64,000 nt of DNA, taken from positions 1,056,001 through 1,120,000 of the forward strand of contig OZ244905.1 in assembly GCA_965221695.1 (NCBI GenBank), in the 5' to 3' direction. This DNA is from Gammaproteobacteria bacterium (GTDB lineage Bacteria > Pseudomonadota > Gammaproteobacteria > Eutrophobiales > Eutrophobiaceae). The notes under the pieces are model-generated. The model made no database searches and had not been told where the DNA came from. It was given only the letters and a program-made list of their open reading frames with translations. A program made the position numbers and the translations under genes. This document shows, piece after piece, positions 62,691 through 64,000 of the stretch; the first letter of the stretch is position 1; every line of letters starts with the position of its first letter.

Positions 62691-64000
62691 TCATGCGACC
62701 GCCTTACGCTTGCCGGCAGCGGTGGTTGGCTGTTGCCGCATCAAGTCATCGATACTGTTCAATACCTGTTCAGGTGTCGCAGGCGCGTGTAATTCCGGTT
62801 TGAAGCCGGCGCCGCGCAGCGACGCAATCGCGTCTTTGAGCGCGTGAAATACCGATATGGCCAGCATCAGGGGCGGTTCACCGACGGCCTTGGAACGGTA
62901 AATCGTCTGTTCCCGGTTCTTGTTCCAATCGACCAGTTCCACATTGTATTCTCTTGGCCAGTCCGTCACCGTGGGAATTTTGTAGGTGGACGGGGCATGG
63001 GTCATGAGCTTGCCGGCGGCGTCCCACCACAATGCCTCGCTGGTCAACCAGCCTGCCCCTTGCAGGAACCCACCTTCCACCTGGCCCAGGTCGATGGCCG
63101 GGTTCAGGGACTCGCCGGCATCGTGCAGGATGTCCACCCGCAGTATTTTATGTTCGCCGGTCAGGGTATCCAGCAGCGTTTCGGTGACCGCGGCGCCGTA
63201 GGCGAAATAGAAAAACGGGCGGCCGCTCAATGTTTGCGCGTCATAATTGATCTTTGGGGTGCGATAAAAACCGGTCGCGGACAGGGAAATTCGCGCCCGG
63301 TACGCGAGTTCGGCCAACTCCGCAAACTCGATCAAACGCTCTCCAACGCGTACGCCTGCCGGTGTAAAACACACCTGATCCGCATCTATACCATAATGTT
63401 GCGCGGCAAACCCGGCCAGCCGCTGTTTGATCGTGATGGCAGCCGCCCTGGCCGCCATCCCGTTCAGGTCGCTGCCCGAAGAGGCGGCGGTCGCGGACGT
63501 GTTCGGCACCTTACCGGTATTGGCCGCGCTGCATGATATCCGCTCCAGGCCAACCTGGAACTCTTCGGCAATCACCTGCGCGACTTTTGTGTACAGTCCC
63601 TGCCCCATCTCGGTGCCGCCATGGTTCAACATAATGCTGCCGTCGCGATATATATGCAGCAGCGCGCCGGCCTGGTTATAGAATGTGGCGGTAAACGCAA
63701 TCCCGAACTTCACGGGGGTGAGCGCAATCCCGCGCTTGAGAATCGCGCTGTTTTCGTTATACGTTTGCACTGCTTTTCGCCTTGCACGGTAAGCGGATTT
63801 TTTTTCCAGTTCGGCCACCAGTTCGTGGATAATGTTGTCCTCGACGGTCATGCCGTAAGGCGTCACGTTCCTGTCTTTTTTGCCGTAGAAGTTGATTTTG
63901 CGCACATCCAGTGGGTCTTTATCCAGAAAACGGGCAATTTCATCAATGACATATTCGATTCCCATCATCCCCTGGGGACCGCCGAAACCCCGAAAGGCCA
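62691..64000 (-). CDS. xdhB: Xanthine dehydrogenase molybdopterin-binding subunit (5' part beyond right edge)
   Basis: AFRGFGGPQG at the window edge, GGTEMGQGL, TAASSG.DLNG, GQVEGGF.QG.G, SKAVGEPP. Confidence 0.95.
   Translation of the reverse strand, partial: AFRGFGGPQGMMGIEYVIDEIARFLDKDPLDVRKINFYGKKDRNVTPYGMTVEDNIIHELVAELEKKSAYRARRKAVQTYNENSAILKRGIALTPVKFGIAFTATFYNQAGALLHIYRDGSIMLNHGGTEMGQGLYTKVAQVIAEEFQVGLERISCSAANTGKVPNTSATAASSGSDLNGMAARAAAITIKQRLAGFAAQHYGIDADQVCFTPAGVRVGERLIEFAELAELAYRARISLSATGFYRTPKINYDAQTLSGRPFFYFAYGAAVTETLLDTLTGEHKILRVDILHDAGESLNPAIDLGQVEGGFLQGAGWLTSEALWWDAAGKLMTHAPSTYKIPTVTDWPREYNVELVDWNKNREQTIYRSKAVGEPPLMLAISVFHALKDAIASLRGAGFKPELHAPATPEQVLNSIDDLMRQQPTTAAGKRKAVA

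Overview
GC-rich gammaproteobacterial-type chromosome window. The left ~51 kb holds two paralogous giant, modular surface-protein genes in tandem on the minus strand. Gene A (27416..50710, 7764 aa) is complete, with a signal peptide, FN3/Ig/cadherin-like repeats and a C-terminal autotransporter-like beta-barrel. Gene B (start ~22867, >7600 codons) runs off the left edge and is missing from the ORF track. Between them lies a 4.5-kb spacer with two AAA_14/DUF4143 ATPases, two DUF1640/CCDC90-like genes, a ParD-like antitoxin and a ParE remnant. The most striking signal is a ~155-aa domain with conserved ends and a hypervariable core, present in 8 copies. These copies appear to be copied and swapped within and between the two giants, and the N-terminal tip domain shows almost exclusively non-synonymous divergence between paralogs. 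Short palindromic REP/dRS3-like elements sit at several rearrangement breakpoints. The right ~13 kb is mostly housekeeping: CoA transferase, tRNA-Leu(GAG), secG, tpiA, rluB, scpB, scpA, trpS, yciO-like, ispZ, bolA, dam (probable ATA start), puuD, xdhC and partial xdhB. All domain and family names come from motif recognition by eye, not database searches.
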